A DNA stretch of 42,134 nucleotides, from NCBI GenBank assembly GCA_013239625.1, contig MU053482.1:3139168-3181301 (forward strand), written 5' to 3'. Numbering within the stretch: the stretch's first letter is position 1; each line of letters begins with the position of its first letter. Shown in pieces: positions 1 to 12,870 of the stretch. The notes under the pieces were generated by a model. The model had not been told where the DNA came from, searched no databases, and saw nothing but the letters and a program-made list of their open reading frames with translations. This DNA is from Lama guanicoe (Eukaryota). The translations under genes and the position numbers were made by a program.

Positions 1-316
1 AGCAGACATCATGAGGAATACATAAATAGCATGAAAACCTTAAAGACAAGTGAAAATACTTTTCTCTACTACATTTTTGTTTTGAAATAGTACTTTATTC
101 AACAAACATTTACTGAGCACTTTAGTATCATTTATTCTATGAGCTTTCTCTGAAACTCCACAGTCTCACTAGCCCCCTCCAGAACAAAGATTCAAGCAGT
201 TCCATTCACGTGTTCCAGACCATTTTATGATAATAAATAATTATAACAACCTTTTCCTCTGATATATGACCTAGAATTTATCTATTTTACTAATCGGTAT
301 AAAAGAGGTGACTTGT

Positions 317-983
317 ATTCCTCAAAAGACTAGGAATGGACTTACCATAGGACCCAGTAATCACACTCCTGGGCATATATCTAGAAGGAACCTGACTTCA
401 AAATGACACCTGCACCCCAATGTTCATAGCAGCACTATTTACAGTAACCAAAACATGGAAACAGCCTAAATGTCCAACAACAGATGACTAGAAAAAGAAG
501 ATGTGGTATATTTATACAATGGAATACTATTCAGCCATAAAAACCGACAACGTAACGCCATTTGCAGCAGCATGGATGTTCCTAGAGAATGTCATTCTAA
601 GTGAAGTAAGCCAGAAAGAGAAAGAAAAATACCATATGAGATCACTCATATGTAGAATCTAAAACAAACAAACAACCCCCTCCTCCAAAAACATAAATAC
701 AAAACAGACAGACTCACAGACATAGAATATAAACTTGTGGTTGCCAAGGGGGTGGGTAGTGGGAAGGGACAGACTGGGATTTCAAAATGTAGAATAGATA
801 AACAAGATTATACCGTATAGCACAGGGAAATATATACAAGATCTTGTGGTAGCTCACAGCAAAAAAATATGTATGACAATGAATATACATATGTTCATGT
901 AAAACTGAAAAATTGTGCTCTACACTGGAATTTGACACAATATTGTAAAATGACTATTACTCAAAAAAATGTTAAAAAAAAAA
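317..983 (+). mobile_element. 5'-truncated young camelid-type LINE-1 3' end (ORF2 C-terminal remnant, 3'UTR, poly(A))
   Basis: Translates as FLKRLGMDLP*DP...TCTPMFIAALFT...WKQPKCPTTDD*KKKMWYIYTMEYYSAIK, the L1 ORF2 C-terminus. A-tail ends at ~983. Imperfect TSD aaaagaggtgacttgt (301-316) / aaagagagttgacttgt (981-997). Confidence 0.95.
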
Positions 984-1099
984 AGAGAGTTGACTTGTTT
1001 TGGGCATGTGTATATTTCTCCCTCAACAATCCATCTAAGTCCCATGACTTTATGTCTTCGGCATTCTTGTGGCCACCATAAGCCTTTTTTATTCTAGAA

Positions 1100-2429
1100 T
1101 AGCAATCCTCAAAGTGTGCTACGAAGAATCACAGGAGTCCTAGTTGTCAAAACTATTTTCATAATAATACTAAGAGTTAGTAACTTCTTTCACTTTGTTG
1201 ACATTCACACTGATGGTACAAAAGTGATGATGGGTAAAGTCGCTGGTATATTAACAGGAATCAACACCAAACTATACTTATAGTCATTGTGTTCTTCAAA
1301 GCTACATATTTGCAGTTAAAAAAAAAAGTTCCAGTTAAAAATGTCCTTGATGATGCAATACACATTTTAATTTCATTATAACTTGACCCTTGAGTATATA
1401 ACTTTTAAAATATTCTGTTTCAAATAGTAAGTATATATAAAGCACTTTTACCACATGTGTAAGTATGATAATTGTTTAGAGAAGCACTATTTGCATAATT
1501 TTAGAGTTGTGAGCTGGGTTTTTATTTTCAAGAATACTATTTTTTACTTGTAAGAATAACTGACAAACAAATATGCCTATGCAGACATGTATTGGCAAAC
1601 ATTTTCGCAAAATGAATGAAGTAGGCCTGTCGCTTTAAGATAAAGATCTGAGAAAATTTGTTACCAATGATAAAACAAATTTTCAAGCACAGTCATTGCA
1701 TTTCTGATGAACATGACAGTAATGTTACTTAGGGTAATATTTTAAATATTATATAATGATCTGTGTCAATATTTGGAAGATCTGGATCATTCATTGATCC
1801 CATATTTGCCAAATGACTAACGTATGACGTTATAAAATCATGCATGGGTAAAAGATCTGTTCAAAGTGCAAAACTGACCAATAGGTTTTATTGTGGCAGA
1901 GTTTGAAAAGTTCTGTGATTGCAACTAATCTTTAAGAAATTACTATTTGTTGAGTGTTGGTGTAGTATTCAAAAAGAGTTTCCATAAGTATCTGAAAAGG
2001 CTGTTAAAATACTCCTCCTTTCTCCAACTATGTATTTGTGAGAACTGATTTTCTTCATATAATTCAATCAAAGCAACATATTGCAAAAGCATGAATGCAG
2101 AAGTAGGTATGAGAATCCAGCTGTCTTTTATTAAGCCAATATTCAATGATATTTATAAAAATATAAAACAATGCCACTCTTTTCCCTATGTTTTTTGTTT
2201 TGGGCAATATAGTTTTTTAAATAAAAATATGCTATTTCATATGCAATAGTTTACTGTTATTTTAAATAAGTAGTTTAAAACTTTCCAGTTGTAATTTCTA
2301 ATACATAACAACATCCAGTTGTTATCTAACACATAAATGAACAGATAAAACTACATAAACAAAACTCTGGGGATTCTAAATAATTTGTGAGAGTATAAAG
2401 TAAGAGATCCAAAACTAGGAGACCTGCTA
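1100..2429 (+). mobile_element. hAT-Charlie DNA transposon fossil (Charlie1a-like)
   Basis: Start tagcaatcctcaaagtgtg...gtcaaaactattttcataataatactaaga...gacattcacactgatggtacaaaag matches the recalled Charlie1a consensus. Degenerate TIRs. 8-bp TSD ttctagaa (1092-1099) / ttctacta (2430-2437) fits the NTCTAGAN target preference. Confidence 0.9.
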
Positions 2430-3315
2430 TTCTACTAAAAAAAATCAGTGTTAACATGTATCTAGCCTTGGCTTTATCTACTTGGGTAGCAGAAAGGTAT
2501 AATCCGTGGCAGAATTGGGGAGTTTTATCAGGTTACAACAAAACTCACAAGTGTCTTTCAAAATCTTCTTTCCCTCAACAAACTTCTTTCCTGAATTAGG
2601 CACACCATTTCCTAAAGTAAGTTTCACACTCAGGAAAGAGGTGTCTGAGCTTGGGTTATAAAACAATCTACTGATACAGCCTGCGTCACCAGGTCCACCT
2701 CTTCAGCAAACAAGTCTTCTGATACAAAGTTAATCAGCTCTGTGAATTGATAGCAAATAATCCCATTCTCTTAGACCTGTCAGTCATTACCATAGCTGCT
2801 CATCAGGCTTAGTAAGTGATACTGAAAGCTATACACCAGCGAATGACAACTATAAACATTTTCTCAAAATTTAAATAAAACTATAGGTTTTCAAGTAAGG
2901 ATTAAACTAAGTATTTTTATGTTCCAATTCTATCAACTCTACTGACTTCTCATATCAAAGGTATCCATCATAAAGAAGACTTCACAAATAACTAAGTAAC
3001 TTTTATGAGCAGATAGATCTTTACTTAAAGAAGCAATCAGATATTTTGCAGCTTAAAACTCTTAATGTGCTTACTTTTCAAATGCTTTACACATATACAG
3101 TATATAATAAAACTATTATAGAATAACCAAAAATGTCCATAGCATTATTGTGACTAATTTGAATGATCTCTCAAAGGCAAAACACTGTAGAAGGTTCTTT
3201 GGATAACAGTCGCTTTTAATATTTTCCAAGACCTTCATACACATCTATAAATTTGCAGCTCACTGAGATACATTTTACTGTTCAATCTTTAATTTAAAAA
3301 ATTAAAAGTGTCAGT

Positions 3316-3495
3316 GGGGAGGGTACAGCTCAGTGGTAGAGTATGTGCTTAACATGCACAAGGTCCTGGGTTTGATCCCCAGTATCTCTGTCAGTCAATA
3401 AATACATACATACATACATACATACATACATACATACATACAAACAAACTTAATTACCTACCCCACAAAAGGCAATGTAAAAAAAAAGAAAAAGA
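3316..3495 (+). mobile_element. Vic-1-type camelid tRNA-derived SINE with internal (CATA)n
   Basis: ggggagggtacagctcagtggtagag (A box)...gggtttgatcccc (B box), then (CATA)n at ~3403-3441 and an A-rich tail. Imperfect TSD aaaattaaaagtgtc / aaaatttaaaatgtc. Confidence 0.92.
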
Positions 3496-4784
3496 AAATT
3501 TAAAATGTCCCTTTAAAAAAAGCCTGTAAGAAAATTCCTTCTTCTCATAGAAAACAATAAACACAACATCCAGAAGGAGAATATGAGCATTTAAGTAGTA
3601 AGACCTCCTTAATTACTTGAATGGCCTCATTTCCTTAAGTTTAGCATTATAACAGGAATTCTGTTAAATTCTGACTTTAAAAGTATTAACAGTAAAACTT
3701 TCGGGAAATTCCAAGGATCGTTTTTCAGATTCAGTAACTACTTCTCCAAAACTAAGCTTAATATGACCACAGCTAATACAATGGTAATGGTAATTCATGG
3801 TAGGCCTGGTCAGGTATTTTTTACTAAATTTTTCAGAGAAGCTGTCAAGATAGGCAACTAAACACTGGTTACACATGAGATCCCTTATTTCACACATAAA
3901 ATTATAGCTATATAAGGGAATTATTTTATACTATGCATTAATATTATTAGAATCATGCTTCATAGGAAATTTTGATGCTACATTCTCAAATGAAATATAT
4001 TAATATATAAATACTCAGAAAATAAACAATACTTCACATAATTGAGTTTACAGAAAAGTTTTTTCAATGAATGAAAAGAAATGGCTCTAATCTCCAGTTA
4101 ACTGTCTACTTTTCAAATTCACTGTATCATAAGATTAAGTAAAAATCGAATTTGGTGTACCAGGAAATGACCCCACTATTAATAAGAAATACCTCTTATA
4201 GGATTTGAATTTGAAATACAATGATGCTAGCTGGTTTAATTATCTCAAATGTTAACTAAAAGTATGCTGGGGAAGTAATAAACAATGAGGGAGTGGACAC
4301 TTCAATTCTTGAACCTGAGATGGAGTCATATTTCTAACAGGAATGTGAGAGAATGTTTAGACAGCTGGAAACATAGTCACTACAAGATAGTAAGCAGAAT
4401 GATAAGCATTAAATAAACAGGATAAAATCAGGATTTTGTTCTCCCCAGTGTCTTTACTGGCAAACAGGAAAAAAAAATGCTATCACAGGTGCAAAACCTA
4501 AACTGTTCAGAATTGACTGTCATAACTGACTGGCCTCCCCATTTTGCCCTTTCTCAAGTCACTGCGGAAACATCTATTTAGAGTGATAGTATCAATGAAC
4601 ATACATATAAGCTGAAAAATAATACTGTTTTCATACATACATGAGTGTATATGCAATAACTTATGTTTCTGACGGCTCCCCTCCACCTGACTGCCATCAT
4701 TTCATACAGATCATGCTCGTAAAATTTTTATAACATATCTGGGAATAGTAATATATGAGGATTCCTTTTCAGAATGTTTGTTAC

Positions 4785-4828
4785 CTGTTTTTGTTCAGCT
4801 CCAGTTTTCTTTAAGACCCTCATATAAC
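4785..4828 (-). CDS. Candidate 44-nt internal exon (xYMRVLKKTGAEQKQ), host gene unidentified
   Basis: Minus strand reads catttgtttccag|GTTATATG...AAAACAG|gtaaca. Only one frame is open (phase 1 to 0). No protein recognised. Confidence 0.27.
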
Positions 4829-4922
4829 CTGGAAACAAATGATACCTCAAGGGTGCAAGGTTAGAACTGACAGACATTGCTAAGCGCCACACACTTGCAT
4901 TACAAATGTCAACTTTGCTTAC

Positions 4923-4982
4923 TTGCTTGTTTCTTTAATTGCTCAAATATATGAAGTATATCATGTGCAACAGGCCACCCAT
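4923..4982 (-). CDS. Candidate 60-nt internal exon (xGWPVAHDILHIFEQLKKQA), host gene unidentified
   Basis: Minus strand reads catttctcttttgtttgcag|ATGGGTGG...CAAGCAA|gtaagc. Only the phase 1-1 frame is open, and it is compatible with the 44-nt candidate across a 94-nt intron. No protein recognised. Confidence 0.3.
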
Positions 4983-5004
4983 CTGCAAACAAAAGAGAAA
5001 TGCT

Positions 5005-5170
5005 AACAATCCCTCATATTTGTGAAACATTTTATATATTATTGTATCCCACAAGACTTAGTTTACAAATGATGAAACCAAGGCTGAGACTGTCAAGGTG
5101 ATATATCTGTATGTGACAAAGGCAGGACTAAAATTCAAGCCTCTGTATCTCTAGGAACTGTCTTCTCACT
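5005..5170 (-). mobile_element. MIR SINE remnant
   Basis: tttacaaatgatgaaaccaaggctgaga...gtcaaggtga...ggcaggactaaaattcaagcc resembles the MIR core. Confidence 0.7.
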
Positions 5171-5189
5171 GCTGAATTACCTTTATAAA

Positions 5190-5590
5190 TCAATTTATGG
5201 ATATTATTTTATGTTAAAATAAATTTACTGTAGAAAAATCAGAAAAGAAAAAATGAAAATGCACTAAGTTCTTTAACATGCAATCTTTCCTTGCATCCAT
5301 TTATCTCTGGATGTATTTCTTTACATAAAAGGGGACATATGTATACAGTTATGAGTCTTGTTTTTCTCCACCTTCTGTGACATGTACATTTTTTCATGTG
5401 CCACATTTTTAAGAAAATTATTTTTAATGACTGAATATTATATCATCATATAGGTATACATACCACAACTTAAGCAATTCCCTACTGTGAATTGTTTAAG
5501 TTGTTTACAATTTTTTAAATAACTAATGTTAGGATAAGCATGGTGTTATATAAATCTTCCCAGCCATATCTCATTACTTTTTTTAGGGAA
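5190..5590 (-). mobile_element. Ancient L1ME-type 3' end remnant
   Basis: tttttaatgactgaatatta...taccacaacttaagcaattccctactg...tttaagttgtttacaattttt resembles the antisense of an old L1 3' region. Confidence 0.7.
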
Positions 5591-6169
5591 GAACTAGTTT
5601 TGTAGAGCACAACCAACATGAGCACAAAAATGTGTAATTGTCCTTGAATTCTTTTTTAAAGGTTAGGCAACCACAAAATTATTGTTTTGTTGATAGAGTT
5701 CTAAAGAGGACAAAAAAGAAGTGATAGAAAAGAACTGTCATTATGAACTACATTTCTGACCAAAGAGGAACTGACTTATGAAATAAAGTAACAGAAACTT
5801 TAGGAAACTGAACTCCATTGCCATGCCAGGCCATGGTAGTTAGGTGTGTGCTCTATACTCTCGTCAGACACTTTTCAAAAGTTCAGAGAAGATACAGTGG
5901 TCATAGGACTTTGGAAGAGAAGCGAATTTAAGTGTTGGAAACTCTCAAATATTTTGATATCCATAGAATAATGGCTATCACATATATGTGCCCAATTTTA
6001 GTGAACAGCTTTTGATGAAGTATACTTTTAAAAAACCATCTAAAACAAGCTGCTTTAAATGTAACTTAATTTAAACAGGTCACCCATATTGCTTTTAGGA
6101 GAAATTCACATCCATATGTTTTACTACTATACAACGTAACATAGTCCACATTAGTACGATAAAACTTTA

Positions 6170-7307
6170 TGTGTAAGATAGTATGATTGTCTGCCTTAGA
6201 GAATCCAAGCAAACTGACTAAATACTGTTTGCGTTAATAAGAGTTTAGTTATGTAACCAGATATAAGAATATATAAAAGTCAACAGTTCTCTTTGATATC
6301 AGAAAGGTAATTTAAAAAAAAGATCTTATTCATAAACTTAATACATTCTCAAAGCCACAGGATGAGTGAACCTAACCTCTCAAGTTTTGAATATTTTGAC
6401 ATATCAATCTCATGAAGAGCCCTACACGTAAGGCTTTAAATATAAAAATTTCAAGGAGCAAATTCCAAAGAGAAAAATGAACATTTAGAATAGCTTCTAA
6501 CATCTAAGTTTTGAAAAAATACAACTGCACATGATTTATAAATTTAAAACAATTCCAAGATGAAGAACACAAAAGAAAAGTTACTAATGGCTTCCGGTTA
6601 AGCACAGCAGATGAAACAAATGTGTTTACCTCCCAGACGTCCTGAAAAGCTTCTAAAAGTGCAAGTAAAAAAATTCAAACAGCAAAGTAATGAGAAAGGA
6701 AAAAAGAGGTTTAAAGTTTTAACAAGATTTTGGAAACCAGAAAACTGGTTTACACTATAAGTTCCTGGAAAAGATAATCACTGGGAGGCAGTGGATATGT
6801 ATGAATGTCACAAATATGAAGGGAAGATCAAAACAAATAAAACAAAGAAGGAACTCAGTGACCATAAGCTAATGCAAGGAGAAGCAAAAAACTTCAAACA
6901 CATGCAAATGAAGAGATCAAAATCATTCAGAAGAGTTTATGTATCAGAGAACATTTACAGAACAAGAGGGATAATAAAAATTAAAAACCAAGAAACACTG
7001 TCCCAGTAGGTGCCCCAAAAGGGTATACAAATGGAAAATGGAGAAACTAGTAAGAAAATCAGATCACTGCAAGAGTTCTAACCCTGGGCTAACAGGAAAT
7101 TCATAAAGAGTACACATAAAGGAAAAACTTATAAAAGAAGTAACAACACAGCACTCTCTCTCATCCCCTAGAAAGGCCCAGAACCTTAGGACAGGATTAA
7201 ATTTCCATGTGTCTAGCATAGCGAACTAATATTTTTAAAAATCTATTAAATTTTAGCACATCATCATGAAAATTCAGAAAATGAAAAATAAAGAAGTTCC
7301 TAAAGAG

Positions 7308-7345
<38 letters not shown>

Positions 7346-7740
7346 AAGAAAGAGAAGAAAAAAAAACTAGGTGTTTTACAAAGGATCGCAAATCAAAAGA
7401 GCAACAGAAATCTATTAATACAATTCATTACATTAATAGATATAATCGTAAAAGTAATAAAATCAACTCCAAAATTTAAAAAATAGGACATAATTCAACA
7501 TAATACCCATCCTTAAAAGACTAATGAGTTCCATTATCACTGATACTGTTTATTGGACATATTAGCTAAAGCAATCACACAGGAGAAAGAAACTAAAGAT
7601 AAATAACTGGAAGATAAAATTATTATTTCTCAATGATATAATTGTATAACCTGGAAAACTGAAGAGGATCAACTTTAAAACTACTATAAACAATAAGAGA
7701 ATACAATGAGGTAAAAAAATTTAAAATTTATATATAGAGA
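6170..7740 (+). mobile_element. Cluster of ancient L1M/HAL1-like fragments (ORF2 pieces at ~6170-6340 and ~7530-7740, 5'/ORF1-like piece at ~6590-7420)
   Basis: gatagtatgattgtctgccttagagaatcc and gatgatataattgtataacctggaaaac-like RT motif (DD.IVYLENP). atcatcatgaaaattcagaa...aaaggatcgcaaatcaaa resembles ORF1. Confidence 0.65.
7308..7344 (+). repeat. Pure poly(A) run, 37 nt
   Basis: Directly visible. Confidence 0.95.
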
Positions 7741-10700
7741 AGACTCTTCCTTTGGGCAAAGATTTACCCCACTGACTGACTGAAACATCTTAAAAACTGG
7801 ACAAACTATATAAAATAATGGCTTGCAAGACACTCGGTATTAGGCAACTGAGGTGAAAGACCCCTGAAAGGCAGGAAACAAACAACTCTTCTATTGGCAC
7901 GACTCTCTGCCTCCAGAGTTTATAGTCTTATGGTGCAGGGAAGGGGAACAGAGGTGGAGCTCAGATGACTCTCTAGACAAGGAAACACAGCAGAGGCTCC
8001 TTAGGGGCCAAGGCAGCTAGAGTTCTTTGGATAGAACCCAAAGAGGAGGGAGCTGCACAGAGAAAGTATATGGGAGATCTGCAAAGGGTTCCTCTGAGAA
8101 TTCAGCAGGGTATTTATTCATCGGTGCACATGTGTGAGAAAACCACCTGAGGCTGGCAAAAGAGCCATCTGAAAAGATTAGTGAAAACAGCAACAATCGT
8201 TTAAGCATGGCTGCGAAAAGTACCTGTTCCTATCATCCAGAATGGGAAGATTCATAATTCATGGGACACTGGACAGAGTACACAGAAAGGTTTTGCCTCA
8301 GTAGTGAAACAATTAGCCCTAGACTGGATTTGCTCTTAAGTTACCTAAGAAGCCATAAAAGCAATATCTCAAAAGATCCAATTGTTCAAAGTAACTTATC
8401 TGCATCTCAGAAGCTCGAGAACATTTATAGGAATACAAAATGTCCATCTTCCAACAAGATAAAATTCACAATGTCAGGAGTGCTATTAAAGATAACAGGC
8501 TTGCAAAGAGATAGGGAAACACAATCTATAATGAGAATAATCAATCAAAACTAACCTAGAACTGAGATATAAAAAGCAGCCAAAAAAAAAAAAAGACAGA
8601 AAAAGAGTTACTATAACTGATTCCCATCTGTTGAAAAACTTAAGAGACATGGAAAATATAAGACTCAAGTCAACTTCTAAAGAAGAAAACCACAATGTAA
8701 GATAAAAAAAATACACTGTATGGGATCACAACAAATTAAGTGTTGCAGGAGAAAAGATTAATAAACTTGAATTCATACCAATAAAAAATTATCTAAAGTA
8801 AAATACAGAGAGAAAAAAAAAAAGAACTCTAATACAAAATGAACATCAGTGAGCTCTGGGACTTCAAGCAGCCTAACATATGAGTAATAAGAATCAAGGA
8901 AGTGAGGAGGAGGAACAGAAAAAAACATTTAAAGAAGTAATAGCCAGAAAGATTAGCAGATGAAAATACGGATCTACACAAAACAAGGAAGAGCACCAGG
9001 AATAATAACCATAGGGGTAAATACATAAAATTTTTTATTACTTAAATCTCTTTTAAAGATAATGGACTATATAAACAAAATAACATTGTGGCATGCAGTT
9101 TATAGTATACATAGAAGTAAAATGTATGTCAACAACTGTACAAAAGTCAGGAGGGCAAAATGGAAGAGTACAGTAGCACTGTATGGTTCATATACTATAA
9201 TATCACTTGACAGTACAGTGTGGTAAGTTAAATTTACCACAAGTTAAAGATGTACAAGCCTGAAAAATAACAAAGCAAAGAATTAAAACTAATAAGCCAA
9301 CAAGGGAAATAAAATGAATAATCAAGAAAAACAATCTAAAAGTAGAAAATAAAGGGGAAGAAAAGGCCAACGAGATGAATAAGAAACAAACAGTAAATAG
9401 CAGACTCACGCTTAACTTTATTAATAATCACAATGACTGAGACACTGAGTATGAATAAAAAGCAAGACTCAACTATAAGCTTCCTACAAGAAACCCTTTA
9501 AATACAAAGACCAAAAGAAGTTAAAAGAAAAAGGATGGACAACAGATATCTTATGCTAATATTAACCAAAAGAAAGCTGGGGTGGCTATATTAACATTAA
9601 TGTAGATTTCAGAGCAAAGAATGTTAACAGCAACAAAAAAGGCATTTTACAATGATCTATGGGCCAATTCATCAAGGAGACATAAAATCCTAAATATTTA
9701 TGCCCCAATAAAGATCTTCAAAATACATTAAATCAGATTGAACTGCAAGTAAAAAGACACAAATTTCCTCTATTTAAGCAAATATTTCAAAATCTCTCTC
9801 TTAATAATTGGCACAACAAGTAGACAAAAATATACTAAGAATGTGGAAGATTTGAACAATACTACCAACCAAGCTTGACCTAATTGATGTTTATAAAACA
9901 CTCCACACAAACAGCAGCAGAATACACATTCTTTTCAGGCATGCTTGGAACATTTACCAAGATAGAGTATATTCTGGGCCATAAAATAAGTTGCAATAAA
10001 TTTTAAATGATTCAAATCATAAAAATTATGTTTTCATACCACAAGAGAAATAAATTAGAAATCAAAAACAGATCTCTGGAAAATCCACAATATTTATAAA
10101 CTAAACGACACATTTCTAAATAACTCCTGGGTAGAAAAAGAAATCAAAAGTGAAATTAGAAAATAGTTTAAACTAAATGAAAATGAAGACAACCTATCAG
10201 AATTTGTGGGATGCTACAAAAGCAGGACTTAAGTGATAGCACCTAAAATAGAAAAGAAGAAAGGTCTCAGCTTTTACATTAAGAACTAGATAAAAAATAG
10301 AAAATTAAATTCAAAGTAAACAGAAAAAAGGAAAATAACAGAAATCAAAACAAAAATCAATGAAATAGAGAACAGACACAATAGAAAAAAGTAATGACTG
10401 TAACAGTTGGTTCTCTGAGAAGATCAAAAAACTTGATAAACTTCTACCCAGACTGATCATAAAAACACACAAACTGCCAGTATCAGGAATGAGAGATGAT
10501 GTCACTAGAGATTCTACAGATATTAAAAAGATCAGAAGGGAATATTATAGATAACTTTTTGCAAATGAACTTAACAATTAGATGAAATAAATAAATTCTA
10601 TGAAAAACATAAACTACCCAAGCTCACTCATGAAGAAATAGCCTAAAAAACCCTCCATTTATCAAAGAAACTGAAATTTTAGTTAAAAACCTCTCCATAA

Positions 10701-12045
10701 TGAAAACTACAGTTCTAGATGATTTTATTGGCAAATTCTACTAAACATTTAAGGAATCAATAACAGTAGCAGTTCTACAGAAACTATTCCAAAATTTTGA
10801 AAAGGACAGAATACTTCTCAATTCATTCTATGAGGCCAGTATTACCCGGATATCAAAACCCGAGAAAGACGTTATAAGAAAACTACCAATAACCCTCCTG
10901 AACGTAGTTGCAAAAATTCTTTTACAAATTTTTTTTAGCAAACTGAATATAGTAAAAGGCTAATACATCGTGACCCAAGTGGGAGTGGGATTCATCCCAG
11001 GAATAGAGCGTTGGTTTACATTTGAAAAACAATCAACGTAAGCCATCATTTTAACATGTTTACATAAGAAAATACAATAAACTAAAAAGGAAAAACAACA
11101 TGATCATTTTGATAGAAGCAGAAAAAGCATTTGACAAAGTTCAGAATGATTTATTAAAAACTCTGAGCATAATAGGAGTAAAGTGAATTTCCTTAACCAG
11201 GTAAAAGACATCTGGGCAAAACTTACAGCTAACATACTTCAAGTTTAAAACCTGAATGCTTTCCTGCTAAGATCAGAAACAAGACAGGCATGTCCAGTAT
11301 TATCACATCTATTCCAGTTTGTACTGCAGGTTCTAGCTGGAGCGATCAGATGAAGGGAGGGAAGGAGGAAGCAATGGAAGGTTTACAGATTTGAAAAGAA
11401 GAAATAAAATTCCTAATTCATAGACAGTATGATTGTCAATGTGAAAAATCTACACTAAGTATCTAGAACTAATATGTGATGTTTAATAAGGCTGTAGGAT
11501 GAATACACAAAAATCAACTGCATTTCTACATACTAAGAGTGAACAAGCAGAAATTAAAATAAGAGTATCATTTACAAGTACATCAAAAATATGAAACCGG
11601 GATATTAAGTCAGAAGATACGAAAGACCTGTATTCTGAACTACAAAATACTGCTGAAAAACTAAAGAAGACTTAAATAAATAGGAAGATATACCTTGTCT
11701 AAGGGTTGGACAACTCAATATTATTAAGCTGTCAACTTTCCAAATTAATCTATATTTGAGCATATCTATAGATTCAATGCAATTTCAATCCAAATGTCAG
11801 CAGGATTTTGTTTTGGGGAGAAACAAAACTGAATTTAAAATTCCCATTGAAATGTAAAGGACATATAATAGCCTAAACAACTTTGAAAAAGACAAACTGG
11901 AGAACTAAAACTACCTGATTTCAAGAATTGTGATAAAACCAGAGTAAATAATAAAAAGCAGTGTGGTACTGGAGTAAATATAGGTAAATAGATTAATGGA
12001 ACAAAACAGTCTAGAAATAAACCCACCCATATGAGGACAACTCAT
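7741..12045 (+). mobile_element. Ancient L1 (L1MC/L1MD-like): 5' region, partial ORF1, decayed ORF2 endonuclease and RT; 3' end missing
   Basis: 5' signature ctggacaaaactatataaaataatggcttgcaagacact. EN motif ctacaagaaaccc (LQET) at ~9484. RT region tcattctatgaggccagtattacc, gcagaaaaagcatttgacaaa, gacagtatgattgtc. Many stops and frameshifts. Confidence 0.92.
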
Positions 12046-12634
12046 CTCCTCCCATCAACGGGAAATTTTAACACTTGCTCAAGGAAAGTATAATTTGTTA
12101 TTACGTGTTCTAAAAGCAAAGGATAATGAAGCAACATGTTAATGGAGACGGTCCCTAAGCAGAAGATCTTCTCCCTGCACACTAGGTTCCCTGATCTATT
12201 GCTGCTTACAAGCCACCTCTAATTGCCACCTCAGCAAGACACCCACACAGGTAAATGTTACTTTACATATATTTATATCTATAGGATTAAGTACTTCCTT
12301 AAGTGACTTAACAGATAAATCATAGGCAACTTAGTTATCTCCTTACTATTCACCCTTTCTAATCCTTAGACATCTGTCCTAAGGAATGAACCACTGGAGA
12401 TATAGAACTTCTGGGTAGCTCATCTTGTTTAGACACTTCCATTCGATGCTATTTCCTAAAGGCTCATTTTCATCTCATGAGAAATAGGGTCCTTTTTTGT
12501 TTGAATCCTAGGTCAAGCCCTCTGCCCAGTGGTCCTATACACCACTGATCAGACCATGTCAGCCAGTTCCAGAGCAATGTCTTTAGAAAGAGTATTTTCC
12601 TATTTCTTTTCCATTTTTATTACTAAGGCTCCAT

Positions 12635-12870
12635 CACTGTGGTTAAGACTTAGGATTCTTGGGTAAAACTGACCTATATTCATATTTCAGTACTACCATA
12701 TTTAACTGTGTGAGCTGGGTCCCAGAAACAATTTTCAAATATTTAAAATGGAAATACATTGATGTACCCTGTGTGGCTTTTGTAAAAACTATTTTATGCA
12801 CCTAAAATGTTTAAAAACTGTACCTAGTAAAGAGTAAACATTCAATAAACAGTAGCTGTTGCTATTATTT
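12635..12870 (+). mobile_element. MIR SINE
   Basis: gtggttaagacttagg...aactgtgtgagctggg...aaaatggaaata...cattcaataaacagtagctgttgctattatt. Confidence 0.8.

Noticed and set aside
300..311. taaaagaggtga at the TSD of the first L1 matches the tail/tag of the ORF2-less L1 (38282-38293, minus strand)
   Set aside because: Five of the 12 bases are the expected TAAAA, the match stops there, and a 5'-truncated copy cannot be the source of a 5'-complete one. Treated as coincidence.
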